Shown: positions 37,959-52,260, counted from the whole stretch's first letter. The stretch is 61,490 bases of DNA, filler included, from Choristocarpus tenellus KU-1152 (GCA_964200185.2; 14 parts of 14 records of this genome joined end to end with filler, not necessarily neighbours in it); one strand, 5' to 3'. Program-made: numbers and translations. Notes: a model not told the origin generated them from the sequence alone.

Positions 37959-39366
37959 ATGAGGAGATATCACTACTCGATGATGCAGCAAACAATGACT
38001 GGTGAGTGTGCTGGTTCCCAATCTGCTTCGCCTACTCTATCATACCTGCGACATACATCGGCTACATCACAGCTTCCATACTTTCGCGAAAGTAGTGGTT
38101 GAAGAAAGTAATCGCTGCCTAGTTCAGTTAACATGGACATATCAAGATCGCTTGGACTTGCACTAGATTTTAATACAGAGAGTTTCCCAAAAGATAAGAG
38201 GACTCATGTACTCTAGACACCATCTCACTATAAATACGCATCGAAATTCGCAGGACAATTATCGCAGCAACTGCACCATCGGAATCAACATAACACCACT
38301 AGTGCACAATCACCATCTGCTGGGTCAAACATGGTCACCAGCTCCTCATTCCTGTGCAGGCTGCTCTGTATGGTGACTTTCGAGGATCAGGAAGTCATAT
38401 CCTACCACGATGGTGAGACTCATCTATATACTAACAAAAGTCTAGTGTGTTTCGACGGATTCAGTAGCAATATTGGTAGATTATCAGCATCGCAACAAAT
38501 TGGTCGAACGTAATTACGTCCAGGCACATCTAGCCTATACGGCAAGTAGAGACGAAGGAAGTGTACTCTTGTCGTCGAAAGATACCTTACTTTCTCAGCT
38601 GAAGTTTAGAAACGAATCAGATACGATCGTTGAAATAGTTAAGGTCAGTAGTCTGTAGCTAAAGCAAGACAAAATCGACATACTGCGTGTTGAAACACTA
38701 GTCATAAATGTACTTTTTGATCGACATAAGTAACTGACTCTGGTGCGCTTCTACTTTTTGTAGACTTGTGATTCCTCCATTAGACCCCACTCATTTGAGA
38801 CTTTCCCTATACCCAAAATTTTTACCTTTCATTTACTACCGGGGACAGGAAACGTTATAGTTCATGACCCTGTTCGTCTCGCTTCTGGACTGCTCCCGCG
38901 GTACTTCAGGCACTCTAATCTCACCTCGTTCGAAAGGCAGCTCTCCTACTTTGGCTTTCGCAAGATTGTGGGAAGAGGGAGGACCAAGGTTTGTCCCCAG
39001 CAACATCATATCCACCGCCGCATTACAAACCCGTTTTACACGGATACATATATTTTGAACTGGTTGGTCAGTGGGTTGCATACTTTCAATGCTCTCGAGC
39101 TCTACTTCCCATGATTGTTGGTCTCAGTTTAGTTTGCGCGTCTACTGCTCGTACAGAGACTCCATCAACTGTATCGGGAACTCCAAATAGCATAATGTTT
39201 GTGTGGTGTCAGAGTACAATAGTATGACGGTTTTGTTTTGTTTAACATCATACTGAGATGCGACACTCTGACCTGATGGGTCTCAAAAATTGATACTCAC
39301 TTTCCTCTGTGCGACAATTCTATTAACAGCTTCAATCAGTGTACCAGCGCCATCCAGAAGAGCGAG
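37959..39366 (+). CDS. HSF-type DNA-binding domain protein; exons 37959-38001 (tentative), 38254-38412, 38849-38988, 39330-39366; 3' end uncertain
   Basis: Spliced FLCRLLCMVTFEDQEVISYHDG|NVIVHDPVRLASGLLPRYFRHSNLTSFERQLSYFGFRKI matches the HSF domain; junction phases are compatible. Confidence 0.8.
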
Positions 39367-40248
39367 GTAAATATTAAGTACTTAAAAAATCTAACTCAAC
39401 GTGTAGCTGACCTGATAGTGTCCCTGACCACCTAGAAAACTAGCAACCCAAACAGATTGTTGAGGCTGATATTGCTGGGATTTGGTGATACATGCCCTTT
39501 TTAGTGATTCCGAATTGCATGTTTAAAAGGTTGACTCGTCAGGGGAGCAGTAACTTCCAAACTCACCTTACTGGGGGTGTGTCGTACACCCTCTTTGTGC
39601 CGTGCCTCTCTCTGTTCAGGCAGTGCATGAGGCAGCTTTTTCTCCTTTCCCTTGACACAAGAAATGCTGTTAGTTCTACCCCGCATCGACGTCTGACACA
39701 TTCACCTCCCTGTTCATTTCCCCACCAATTTTATTTCTTCTTCGGGCTTTTTCTGGACCCCTCTCTGGTGCAACTTGGAACCTGCCCTTGTACCAGCCTT
39801 TTGTCTTCTTCAACTTCTTGCTTCAGGTTTGTATCTAAGATCTTGCCTTTCACAATGTAATTTCGGTTACTCTATTGTACTGTGTATGTAAGAATAACAA
39901 TGGTACTATTATTGCGTGGTAAGTTAATCATTGCACCTTGCTTGGGCTTGACGTATCTGGGGGCGTGGCAGCTGTCCATTTGAGGCCAATTTTTTCATGT
40001 CGCGATTTTTGGGTGATTTGGTTCCATACGTTGTATGGATAATAAAAGTGGATTTCTCCTAGTTTTGGTCGAAATGAACACTTTGGTGTAGACCCCCCCC
40101 CCCCTCCACCCAGATGCTTTGGGTCCTTAACGGGTCCAAGTGTCCCNNNNNNNNNNNNNNNNNNNNNNNNNNNNNNNNNNNNNNNNNNNNTTAATTAATT
40201 AANNNNNNNNNNNNNNNNNNNNNNNNNNNNNNNNNNNNNNNNNNNNCT

Positions 40249-41439
40249 GTCGGTGAGGGAGGAGGTGCTGGGAACCGTGGGGAGGGGGACACTGGCTGGG
40301 TGTACTGCAGTGGTGGGGGTGCTGGGGGGAGTGAGCTGGTAGACTCAGGGCCCCGAGGAGGGGTTTGGAGTGTAGGTGGGGGAGGTTGCGTCTCCCCAAC
40401 ACGGGGGAGGGCACTAGGATTGGGCTCGCAACTCTTTGCAGTTCATGCAGAATCTCGTTTGCTCTTTAGCGCCGGACATTGGGACTCCTCTTTTCGTGTG
40501 ACAGGTATGGACACCGGCCGTCTGGTGGTCAGTGTGGCCCGGCATCTGGATGTGGTGACCAGCCTTTCGTTGGCGGATGCTGGGGGTGGGTATGCCCGTT
40601 TGGTGACAGGGTCCAGGGACACTACCCTGATGGTGTGGCGGGTGGACCCGGGACGGAATCCCCCCATTGCTACGACTTCTCCAGTGCATGTCCTCTATGG
40701 GCATGACACACCCGTAACATGTGTTGCAGCAGATGCTTCGCTTGATGTAGTGGTCAGTTCAGGTGAGGATGGTACCATCGTGATGCATACCCTCTGGACT
40801 GGAGAGTATGTTCGGACGATCGCACCCTCGGGACTCTCGCCTGCTTCTCAACCTCCACTGGTTGTGCAACGACCCTCGCCAGGAAGTGTGACTATGAAGG
40901 AGGGGTTGGAAGCTCCAGCTAAAGGAACAACTAGTGAGGGGAGCCGGGTTGGCTGTGGGGGTGGGGGGGGGGGTGGTGAGCCGCCGTGGCCGGCTCTAGA
41001 CTGGGTGGGTCTTTCGCGAGAGGGTTATGTGGTGTCTTTTTCTGCAGTTGGGGGGTTTATTCTGCGGTCATACACTATCAATGGCCATGCACTAGGGTCG
41101 GCATGCGTTGGAGAGTGCTTGCGTGCCTTTGCCTTCTCGGAGGATGGGGCAGTGTTGCTGACAGGGGGGGAGGGGCGACGTGTGACTCTCCGATGGGCTC
41201 ACAGTTTATCCCTGGCTGATGATGGTACAAGGGAAGGGTGTGGCGAGGCTCTGCTGACAGGGGCATGTGTGCAGAATGGTGTCAGTGCATTCAGCTCAAC
41301 AGTGCGGTGCCTGGCCCTGACAGCTGGGGAGCGCCATCTACTGGTGGGGCTGGAGGATGGTTGCCTTGGGGTGCTTGCACTGGATGCAAGCTACCTTCGT
41401 CAGCGCTTACGATCCAGGCTTGATCAGCTGGGTTTCTGA
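40249..41439 (+). CDS. C-terminal WD40 region of a BEACH-domain (neurobeachin/NBEAL-like) protein; last exon, 5'-truncated by contig start
   Basis: LFSAGHWDSSFRV, HLDVVTSL, LVTGSRDTTLMVW, HVLYGHDTPVTCVA..LDVVVSSGEDGT, YTING, HLLVGLEDG; frame open from the contig edge. Confidence 0.88.
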   Translation, partial: VGEGGGAGNRGEGDTGWVYCSGGGAGGSELVDSGPRGGVWSVGGGGCVSPTRGRALGLGSQLFAVHAESRLLFSAGHWDSSFRVTGMDTGRLVVSVARHLDVVTSLSLADAGGGYARLVTGSRDTTLMVWRVDPGRNPPIATTSPVHVLYGHDTPVTCVAADASLDVVVSSGEDGTIVMHTLWTGEYVRTIAPSGLSPASQPPLVVQRPSPGSVTMKEGLEAPAKGTTSEGSRVGCGGGGGGGEPPWPALDWVGLSREGYVVSFSAVGGFILRSYTINGHALGSACVGECLRAFAFSEDGAVLLTGGEGRRVTLRWAHSLSLADDGTREGCGEALLTGACVQNGVSAFSSTVRCLALTAGERHLLVGLEDGCLGVLALDASYLRQRLRSRLDQLGF

Positions 41440-43121
41440 GGGGGATGGTGATCACAGATGGTAGGGAAGTCATTTGTCAGGTCCTTCTTAGCCCTTGTTG
41501 CCAACAGACTACTGTCTGTTTAGGAGTTTTGTTTCACTTGAATCTAGGAGTTGGGGTGCAGATGTAGCTATAGCTTGTCTTGCCTGAAGTCAGGGTATTT
41601 TTGCCAATGTACACTAAGCTAGTTTATGTCAAGCAAGGGGTACGTTGTGCACGATGAGGCGTTGTTGTTTGTGTTTGTGGGGGTAGCAAGATGCATTGAC
41701 CAGGAAAGGGGCAACGGCTCCTGTTTTGCACATGCAACAACAGTATAATAGTCGTAAGATTGTTGCAATCCATGGTAGGGATCGTGTGTCTCCAGCTTCT
41801 ACCACCCCACATGTTTAAAATTTTTGTGCAGTGGACAGGAGAACAGATCAGGGATTCGGGATGGTAGTATCGACATGGAGTAAGTTGCAAGACAGGGCAG
41901 TTGTCCACCACCTTAACCTTCGTTCTATATGTTTGCTTGGTGGTCCTTGGCCTTTTGGTTCAGTTCATCAACCTTATTTGTTGTTTCTGTCATCACAAAC
42001 AGATGTCAATTTTGATCGTTCAGCCGCTTGAATCGGCAGTGTTATTATTAATCAATGTAGTTTGTATTGGCCATGATATGCAGTAGATACTACGTGCAGT
42101 AGTAGGGAATGAAGTGGGAGGAGGAAATAAAAAGGCGCTTAATGGTTTGTAACTGCAGGGCATGATAGAGAGGGAAAAGAATGACTTGATAGTGTGAACC
42201 AACTGATTGTTGCTTTGTAAGAGCTGGTGTGATTACAACCTAGTAGTTGCAGTTCCACCTCTAGCAGTGGATGTTGTCACCAAACCCCTGATCTGGAATG
42301 GGTTTCGTATATATAGAAGTAGATGTCATGTGCACCACTCAAGAGACGAGCACTCTCTGTTTTTGATGCCTGCCTTCCACTTGTCCTCATTTTTTTTCTT
42401 GCTCCCCTTTCTTTATTGTTTGCGATTGGGTGTATATTAGCAGTAGTGCTCATGCTCTAACATCATTTTGGTTGTGATTTTTTGTCATTTTGAGTTGTTG
42501 AGGGTGGAATGAATCAATTGGGTCGTGAAGTTTTTATTTGTGTTGTGATTTGTTGTTGTTTTGTGCTATTCTGGGCTGTTTGCTGCTTTTCATCATGCAG
42601 CAAAGACAGTATTTGAGCGACAAAAGGTGACTTGTATTTCCTTGTTTTCTGCTGACTCTGTGTTTTTTATATTTTTATCTCTCACGAAGTGTTCATGGCT
42701 GGGGCCAGGCATACAACGTACATTTATAAAGAATTATATTATGTATTAATTCCTTTGACTCTTCTTCTCTATGTGGCAAGAGTATACTTTCTATCTTCCA
42801 GTTGTTTTTTCATACTTTCATCTCATTTGTAATCCATCGTTCATGTTCATTGCTGGTGTGTCGAGTGTTGACTGAGGAATTTAGAGAGCGACAACAGAGC
42901 CCAATGGTGGAAGAAAAGGGTCAAAGTATCTGGGGGGGGGGGGGGGGGGGGGGGGGGGGGGCGGCCGGTTCGGGCAAACATTTTTTTTTGCTTACATTTC
43001 AAATGAGACACTTGTTGCCAANNNNNNNNNNNNNNNNNNNNNNNNNNNNNNNNNNNNNNNNNNNNTTAATTAATTAANNNNNNNNNNNNNNNNNNNNNNN
43101 NNNNNNNNNNNNNNNNNNNNN

Positions 43122-43352
43122 TTTTGCCCTGTTTGTCCATTTGGGGCTTGGCTCCCCATGTTTTTTTTTATGACATTCTCCTACTCCAAAGTGTTTCGGA
43201 GTAGGTAAAATGTTTATGTTACGAAAAGGTGTGTCCCAAGCAAGGACATTGACACTTCCTAACAAACACGATAGCCAATTTTTCATCAAAATTGCAACAA
43301 TGGATTTTGACCTCCTAATGGAAGTGTCCTACCCTCTAAGATACTTTGGCTT
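43122..43352 (-). mobile_element. MITE family A, truncated by contig start
   Basis: Matches 35212-35444. Confidence 0.85.
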
Positions 43353-44229
43353 GAAGTGATTCATCATTGTCCCGAACTCTTGCCATTTTTAGCAGCGTGT
43401 CCAGTACCTTTCCATGTCATCACTTCATTTGTAATTGAGGATAGGTTTGATTAGGACTTGAAGTAAACCTTCGTTCACTGTGCTTTGAAAATATGTTTTT
43501 AACAACAATGGTGACTTCCAATTGAGAATCACTGATTTGATGAATGATTCAAAATTCCGCCCCTTAAGTTTAAAATTACCTGATGAGTGTGCATTCATTT
43601 CCAAAATGTAGAAGAATGCCACCTGGCCGTGACATGCCCAAGACCACTCTTTTATACTTTTGCGCACCATCTAGACATTCAGATCTGGTGGAGTGGTTCT
43701 ATGTGAACATAGACGTATGAGCATCAATTTCAAGAACAAATATTATCATTTTTTGTGTCCAAGGGGACCTTTTCCTGTCAGATACCTTGGGGCTCTCTTG
43801 CATTAGATTAGGTACCCTCAATTGTAGTAGTCTACTACGGAGTACTTATCACTGACTTTTGTTTTCTCCATATGTGATCTTCATACATGTATTACTCATG
43901 TAGAGTTAGTCTCCTTTTCCTATAAATCCCCTGGAATGGGAAGGGTAATGATGTGAACCGGATGACTCTGAACCACGGCAAACTGACTCCCATCTGTTGT
44001 CTGATCCCCTCCATGCGTACATCCCCTGTCCAAAGCCTCTCTAGCTTCCCTCGCTTAGCGGCATGCATGCTGATTCCTTCAATTTGCTGGCCCTCCTGCT
44101 GTCTTCCTGTGGACTTATCCGGTCCAAGCTATCACCTTGTGACCGTACCTTACCTCTTCAGTCAATATGCAAGAACCAAGCTCTTGATCCTATTTTCAGG
44201 TGTTAAGAATTGAACTGAAATGGATACTA

Positions 44230-45120
44230 AACGAGGTTAGTCTATGATGCCCTGCAAAGGACTCTCTGTTGATGGTCTAACAGTAGTGTGTATGCTTCAT
44301 ATATAGCTTGAGTAGTCGTTGAGATCGAAGAGATGAAGGCTCAAGAAATGTATTTAAGAATACCAATACTGTGATACAGCTTCGATTTGGATGTTCGCAG
44401 CTTATCCCCAAACTTGAAACTACCATCTCAGCATATTTATATATCCTGAGAAAATTATCGATGAAAATAGGCAAGAGGAGGTATGCATACAGCAGGCAGA
44501 CCCATTCTTCTGCAGGCAAGCCAGGTCAACCCCCAAAATACTTTCAGTAGTAGCTATCGTTGGACGCAAAATGTTTGATTGATATGTATACATATTGTGT
44601 GTAATTACCATCAGACACCCCCCACTTCCCTTCCACCTGTTAGTCTAACCATTTTGCCGAATTTTTTTTCTGAAGTGATGGTTACCCCACAAAAAACTGA
44701 ATTGTTTTTTGTTTTGATGCTGTTCGGCATTGCATGACCCTGGCCTGTGGTGCTTTGATTTATAAATTCCCTGTTAGGTACTTTGAAGGTTGAAGTTACA
44801 CACAAATGCCACAGTTACACTGTTCTGTGTAAGTATAGGTAGACCATTTCCTTCTGTGCAGGCAGAGTCTCACCCTGCATCTTTCCTTCAGTGCTGCTGG
44901 AACACCGGGACTAATAACTGGTGGAGCTCCTCCACTTTCCCCCCAAGCACAGCCCACATAGTCATCCCCTGTGCCTTTCCTCCTGGTGCTGTGGCTACTA
45001 ACTTGCAGAACGTTCTCTTTTCCCCCCACCACCGCTCAAGCGTTACACAGTCACCCCCCCCCAGCTGTTCCCTTCCTCCCAATTATGCTGGAGCACAGTG
45101 GCTAATAACTAGTTGAGCTT
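44230..45120 (-). pseudogene. Highly decayed Copia-like remnant
   Basis: LLLPIFIDNFL (YVDD-like) followed by KLYMKHTHYC, with DSACT upstream; weak similarity only. Confidence 0.25.
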
Positions 45121-46529
45121 CCCCTCCTCGTTCCCCCCCAGCACCCCACTGCTACCCATACACAACTCTGCGCATGTAAAAAGCCTGCAACACCTCATTC
45201 TGGCTAGGGAAAGTGAGTGGTAACCCCATATGGTTGTCGCAAGTGACATACAGCAGTAATATTTTTTTTAATCACTGACCAGGGTGGCGACAATATTTTT
45301 GTCTGAGCGTTTATAGTTCTGTAGATTAGTCTAATTCTGTAGAAAAGCGTAAAGAAATTATTGCGATGTGAGGGTCCAAGCACACAAGAGCTTGTAAGAG
45401 ACACCCGAAACCAAGGACAGAAGAAGAGCATCTTCGCCATATTTTCGTCTGAGGAACAGATTTGAACTCCGTACTAACAAAAACGAGATACCAGAGTTGT
45501 TTGATCTACGAGAAATAAGAATTAGAGACTTAATTAAGTATAGTTCTTTGTCAACTCATATGTGTCACGTACTGACTGAGTTGATATCTTGAACATATAC
45601 CAAAATGGGTAGTTATGATCTCAACACCTTTGCGGTGGAAAGTTTTTGGCGCCTCGGCAAGCAAGCGGAATGCTTCCTNNNNNNNNNNNNNNNNNNNNNN
45701 NNNNNNNNNNNNNNNNNNNNNNTTAATTAATTAANNNNNNNNNNNNNNNNNNNNNNNNNNNNNNNNNNNNNNNNNNNNTCTTGTGTCAACTCCCTGTGCC
45801 TACCAAACTAGAAAAATTACAGAATTACTGGGGGGGGGGACGTGGGGGGGTTTCAAACCTTAGAAAGGCATTGCAAAACAAAAACATATGTCACACCCTG
45901 TGTTCATTCATTGCTACTATTTTTAATAATACAAGTGATCTAAATAGTATTAAATTTTAACATCGGTGTACTTGATCTCTCTTGTTTGCTGGCAGAGAAG
46001 TAATACCGAGTATATTTCATGCAAGACAATGACGACAAGAAACCATCCTTCAATTATCAAACGAGTTGGTGTCTTTACATGGGTTATCTTATAACCATGA
46101 CAGATTTACCCAGGAGCCACAAATGAGTAATGTAAGATCAAGAATACACAAGAAAACCAGGCTTCTGAACAAATTGATGTACCCAAACTGCCAGGATCTT
46201 GTCCAGTCAAAAAATACAAGGGAGTTTTTTCAAGCCCAGAAAATGCAGAGGTCACACCCTCTCAAAAACAAGGAAAAACGGACAAGAAAATATTCCAGCG
46301 ATAACATTGGAAGATTTTATTTTAGCTATCGAAGCAAGAAAACACATTGGAGGGTAGAGTACTCTAATGATAGCTGTAATAGAGAATCAAACTCTACCAA
46401 AAACGAAAGATCACGATAATATATCCCTCTTTGGTGACAACAGAAAAACTCAACACATTTGGTACAATGTTGTAGCGAGGACAAAAATTACTGGTGCCTA
46501 AACCTCTCAATAAGGGCCTTCTTGCTCAC

Positions 46530-47888
46530 CTCAAGAGAGAGATCATCCAGCAGCACCTCATCTGATAAGTCGTGCTTCCCATTGCTCGGTACAAACCCGG
46601 GCTGCTCCATCATTGCATCTGCCGCAGCTACTAGTGATGCGCACTCCGACCTCAACAGCAGAGGGGTCTCATACATCTCCACCTATGCAGATATTGACAT
46701 GGTGAAAAATATGCATTTGCATGTATGTGCAGGTTGTCTGCATGTTTTTTTCACAAATATGTGGCAGACTTGGACAATTTTCAAGCACCACCTGATTAGA
46801 TATTCAGGGAGGACTACTGGGACATCAAGGTTTAGCTTCTGGATAGATTGCGAATAGGGGTTGAGGAACCAGAATTATTGTGTGTGTGTGAAAGAGAGTA
46901 TTGAAATTATGTGCTTGATTTAATAAACCCAGTCACGTCCGACTCCCATCCTTCACAGCATATTAAGCGGAGATCTCGGCACTATGTACTCAATATTCGT
47001 GACACCCTAGACATCCAAAATTGAAATCATTAATGCCCAATATTAAAAGGGAGGGTCGAGGTCTCTTACTCTGGAGTTGAAGGGTAGAGCTCCCAACAGG
47101 AGAAAGAGGAGAAAGGAGAACCCCAGGACCCGAATCGCAGGATGCATGCCCCTCTTTCCGGCCTCAACCCACTTACGAACCGCGAAAACAGCTTGGGCGA
47201 CCAAACCATGTAGTTGGTGAGAAAACGAGAGGAGGGGTAGCAATGATGAAGCTGGGTGTGGTGTTAGAGACTCTGGGCGGCGATTGCGTAGTGACTATGC
47301 TCGATACAGTTAAATGAGTAAACTCAAAGCAGGCATCTTTTTCAAACATTGCGTCCTCACCGAAGCCAATAGCAGGTGTTATAAGAGGCCAATGGTCAAG
47401 GAATGCGACCGTTACAGCCTCTCTCAGTCTTCGCTTGTCAACTGATGCCAATACCCCGACTAGGCCAACCAGCAACAGAGTGCCCTTAACCACGAAAGTG
47501 CGCGACGATTAGGGGATTATGGGAACGAGAATTGTAACAGTGAGGCGTAGATATTCGGGTGTATATCGTTCTTCAGCGATTCGAACTCTACAACACATCC
47601 AACTGGATTCCTCCCCCACATGGAGCATACCCTCTACCACCTAAATCCTGCGAGAAACGCAAAGCATCCATAGGCAACAAGATAACAACCGCCAGTCACT
47701 CAGGAAGTAGGTCACAACCAAACCATGCCCTAACCTGCATCCGTTTCCCAGCATCCTCTCCTGGGGACTTCGTAACAGATGGGGGAATTTCTTCCGAATC
47801 AACAGTTTTGGTGTCTTTTGGTGTCTCTGAAGACTTCTTCGACCTACTTTTCTTGCTCATCTTTGCATCAGGACGGAGGTGCGACGCC
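46530..47888 (-). CDS. Exons of an unknown protein: 46682-46530 reasonably clear, 47888-47735 and about 47484-47300 tentative; possibly 2OG-Fe(II) oxygenase-like
   Basis: AG|GTGGAG...CTTGAG|GTGAGC bounds a 153-nt phase-0 exon VEMYETPLLLRSECASLVAAADAMME...; the family guess is weak. Confidence 0.4.
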
Positions 47889-50829
47889 TAGTCAACCACA
47901 ACCACTGACGTGTCTTCGCGTAACTTAAAATTGTAAAGTAGGACGATGTGTTGGGATGCTACTTTTGATGAGATGATTTGGAAGTTGAATCTGTAAGGAG
48001 ATACCGAATCTTTTGTTCATCCACACATTCATTCTGAAGTATTGTGGTGATTCTTCCAGAGCGCCCAACTTACAACATTCCCACAGAGAACTTTCTTCTA
48101 TCCTCTCCCTTCTTTTTCCCTCTCTTCTTGCTATGTTCCAACAAATATCTCCGCTCTATACTACTCGCAATAACCAGATGTTGATTTCATCAACGATAGA
48201 CACATCACCGATTCAATATAATGCTTGTTCAACATAATTTTTGTGTGGTCAATCCAAATTATTCATAACCTTTAAATCGACTAGAGAGAAAACTAGATTT
48301 GTCGAGATGGATGGAATTGAATGATTGTTGATACAGGATAGGACGCGCGCAAATCGCGAGTTGGTCGTCCAGGAGCATGCATCACCTCAACCTAAAAACT
48401 CTTCACCCCCCACACCTCTCAGCACACGTGTGACGAATATATTATATATTATACAGAATATGGTTCTGTCACCTACCAATCCTCATTACATTTCTCCTTG
48501 TATTATTGTGCTTCAAAAATGACCGAGAACCGATCTTTAGTTCAAATATTCAGGTATCATATATATTCCAACTACTCGATAGGAACCTGATTGAAGTGTT
48601 ATGTATATTCACAATACTACTAACATTGGCATATCCGAATATGTGGTTTAGGAAGTAGGTTTATGAAAGTTCTACTACTTCGTACACCTTAATGAGCCTT
48701 ACGTAGTACTAGATTTCGTATGTTGTGCTTCTTGACATTTCATTTCATGGCAGTCATTGCGAGACCGTTTTTTACCCATATCAGTTCTTTTATACCTCAA
48801 TCGGATCATAAAATGAACAACCAAAGAAGGAGATCCAGCATATTATTTGGTTATATTTTCATTATGGCACCACCTTCGAGCCTCACCATGTTCGTACAGA
48901 TTTGTGGATTGGAGCTACATATCCAATCAAGGTAAGTTGCTGGGATCCCAGCGAAAGAGGCTTTCTATGACAGTACCCTATTTCGACGTGACATGAGTGT
49001 GATTTTTTCTGTAGATATTTGTGTTCATAGTTCTGAAGGGGGAGAGTCCTTCAATTACATCACCCTATTTTGATGTGAGTGTGATACTTCGGTCTACTAG
49101 GAGGTTTCTCTTGAAAATTAAGTCGAATGCAGAGTGAGTGCCATGAATGAGGTGTGAGTGACACGCTAGTATATCTGTTGTCAGAGAAAAGGTTCGAAAG
49201 GGATTTCCTTACAGGTCTCCTCCTCCACTGGATACTCAACACTTTCTACAGATACGTTAGGACCTGGAAGTGGCATTAATTTTATTTCTATTGCGTTCAT
49301 GAAAAGGTAGAGAGAGACGTTTTTTGTCCTTTTCCACTTGCCTATTTATTGTATTTGAAGCAGCTATGCTTCATGCTGAGGGGCATGTCACAGGTGATGG
49401 ATGTTAATGATGGTTTCCACTAATGCCATTATGAGGTGAAAGTCCTAGACTTGACGTGTTGTGTTTCTTGACTCATTTATTGTTTAGTCGTTGTGAAATC
49501 ATTCTCTGCCCATGCCTTAGTCCTTTATTATACCTCATTCAAATCATAAAGTGAAGAATCGAAGGAAGAGATTCAGCACATTCGATGGTATTTTCGTCAT
49601 GGTGCCGTCTTAAAATCTTATGGCCTGCCTACAGAATAGAGATGAAAACATACTCAATACTATGATATGACCCGTAACACTCCAGTCCAAAATAATTTCA
49701 GCACTATGTTATGCCCTTAACACCCCAGACCAAAACAAATACGAAGTATAACAGATGTTATGCACTGTGTTTGTAGCATCTGGTGAATTATTAAGACAAG
49801 GCTTTAATATTGTGCTAAAAGTGATACGTTGTCCAAGGAGTGAAATTGCCATGTAAATTGCACAGCCTTGTGATTCTGTGGTTAAGGAGATTGTTCCTTG
49901 CAAGAAATCGCGTGTCAAACCCCATCAGCACCAGACCTCTTTTCACAGAAACCTGGTTTCGATTATTCGATTCGATGTGACAAGTAGAACAGATTGTACA
50001 GCAGTACTATCTTGCCTGTTGCTACACCACAAACTCGCCAGACCAAGATTGAGGTGGTAACATTGTGGTGGGTCCAGGAGATGGTTTGAGGGTGGAGGCG
50101 GAATGATGAGCGGTGGAGTTGCTGAACTCAGTGCACTAGAAGCAGGGCGCGAACAGAGGTGGTACAATTATTCTTTGTATTGCAACAGTTAGTAGCAGTC
50201 AGTAGTACTAGTAGTCTGAGGAGTAGTAGAATGCTTAGTGTGCCTCTGTCCATAGGTTGGGACAGTCCCCACATGAGCCAACATATAGTATGTCTTACTG
50301 TGATATGAAGGCTGCTCGTGGGTATTTTTCCGTTCCTACCCAGGTTACATACATACACGCTAACCCTGGAGTTTTTGGGGTCTGTTTATTGGATCGAAAA
50401 TAATTACAATCTCTTGTCTTAAGTGCCTGCCATGATCATCCTGCTCCATGTGGTCACTTTGCCTTTTCCCACACACACCTGACAAGGTACAAGACCGATA
50501 GTGGTGGCACACATTTTCAGAAAGGTATCAAATATTTGTGTGAGATGTGTCAACTTTGGTAAAGACGAAAACCTTGTCACAGAGGTATTACATTGTCCCA
50601 AGAACAAATTCACCCCACTCCACCACTTGGATGTGTAGCTGTTGACCTTTTACACAGAGTTAAAGTAAATTAGAGGTACCTAGTTTTTTGCTGTTTTGCA
50701 TAATAAACCAGTTTTTAGGAAAATATCCTATACATACGCACTTGTTAAAAGTGCCAAATATTGTAGGTATTTGCTGGCATCCTTAAAATGTAAATCTGAG
50801 TACCTCTCGTTTACTTTGACTTACTACAT

Positions 50830-52260
50830 GAACATTTCAGGTGAATGAAAATGTATCCATTATGCCATCCACCAGCTGAACGGGTTCCTTTCTCATTCCT
50901 ACTCGAGACAAACAAGAAGTGACCAATGCCATTTTTTTTTATTTGAAGGAATATTTTCTGTATTCTGTGCATCAGAAATTCTTCACTCTGACCAAGGGTC
51001 AGAATCTTGTAAGATACTTGTTGTGGAATTGCGCACAACAGTATTTTGGTACCATAAAAACCGTACCACACTCTGTCGACCCCAGAGTAACTCTCAATTT
51101 TATCAAGCACACCCCACTCTGCTCCAAATTTTATCCATGTACGGTAACATTGCGGAGGTCTTGGTGTTAGCACAGAGATCTCGAAATATGTGAGATGAAT
51201 CGTATTTTTTCAATTGATATCAAGATCTGATCGATTCTTTGCCTCTAATGCATCGCAGTCACTTTTCACCGAAAAAACTTTGTGAGTAAAAAATGAAGAT
51301 GCTTAAGCGATTTGGTGAGGAACCACTGGTCCATCAGGGAGCATGTGGTCGCATATTGCATTATTATTGATAGCATTCAGTCCTTGCACTCATCTACACC
51401 ACGTAAGAAAATCTTACCAAATACGTCACAGGAATTGCTCCGAAACATTTGAATCTGGGGGTAAAATTTGTTCCATAACACTTTCATTATAAGAACATGT
51501 TGCTGACATCATCAGCTTTCATATGCACCCATGGTTGATATTGCAGGTACACAAGAGGGACCTCAATGAAAAATCGGTACATTTGACCACAACACTTTTT
51601 CATCTTGCATAGATACAACATCAAAGCAAGGCATTTGGACCCGACCTTGGCACCAGTTCCTGCTTATTGTTTAGGGGTGTAGATTTGTTCCTCTGTAACT
51701 TCAAAAGCTTCCTTAGTCTTGAGTCCAGCTTTCAGAGTATTATCCTTCGCCATAGTCGGAATGCAACCAGTCTTCAGCAGTTAGGTATGCAATGAAGTCT
51801 CCTCCTTGGACCCATGCATCATCTCCTTTGTATTTTCCTGGATCACTTGACTCATTACCTGCTCCTAACCTCCAGCGAAAAGAATACTCAAAGGGTTTGT
51901 CAAACGCCGGGCAAATGGTGCCCCCCTTCAGCCTGGATGGGTGCATGCGAGGGAGGTGATCGCCCAAAGGAATCTGCATAGGGTTGGCAAAGTGTGGAGA
52001 GATCATCCGGGCCTTGAAGGAGGTTTATTAGAGTCCAACATGGCTCGCAATATTGCTGCTGTTGGCGAGACTACCTCAAAGGAAGGTCATATCCGCCCTC
52101 AAAGAGCACAACCCTGGAGAGGAAACATGGCTGGGGGATACTGTGATGAGACTTCAAGACCGGTGTGACTCTATTGTAAAGGATGGTCACTTGAAAACTT
52201 GCATATGTATGTGCACAAGCCCTTTGCTCTCAATATGTACTAACTTTATTTTAAAAGGAA
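50830..52260 (-). pseudogene. Decayed DNA transposase, possibly Sola-like
   Basis: Ordered fragments across frames: RACAHTYASF, YADSFG/DHLPRMHP, KVLWNKFYPQIQMFRSNSCDV. These resemble motifs I recall from Sola-type transposases; many stops. Confidence 0.35.
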
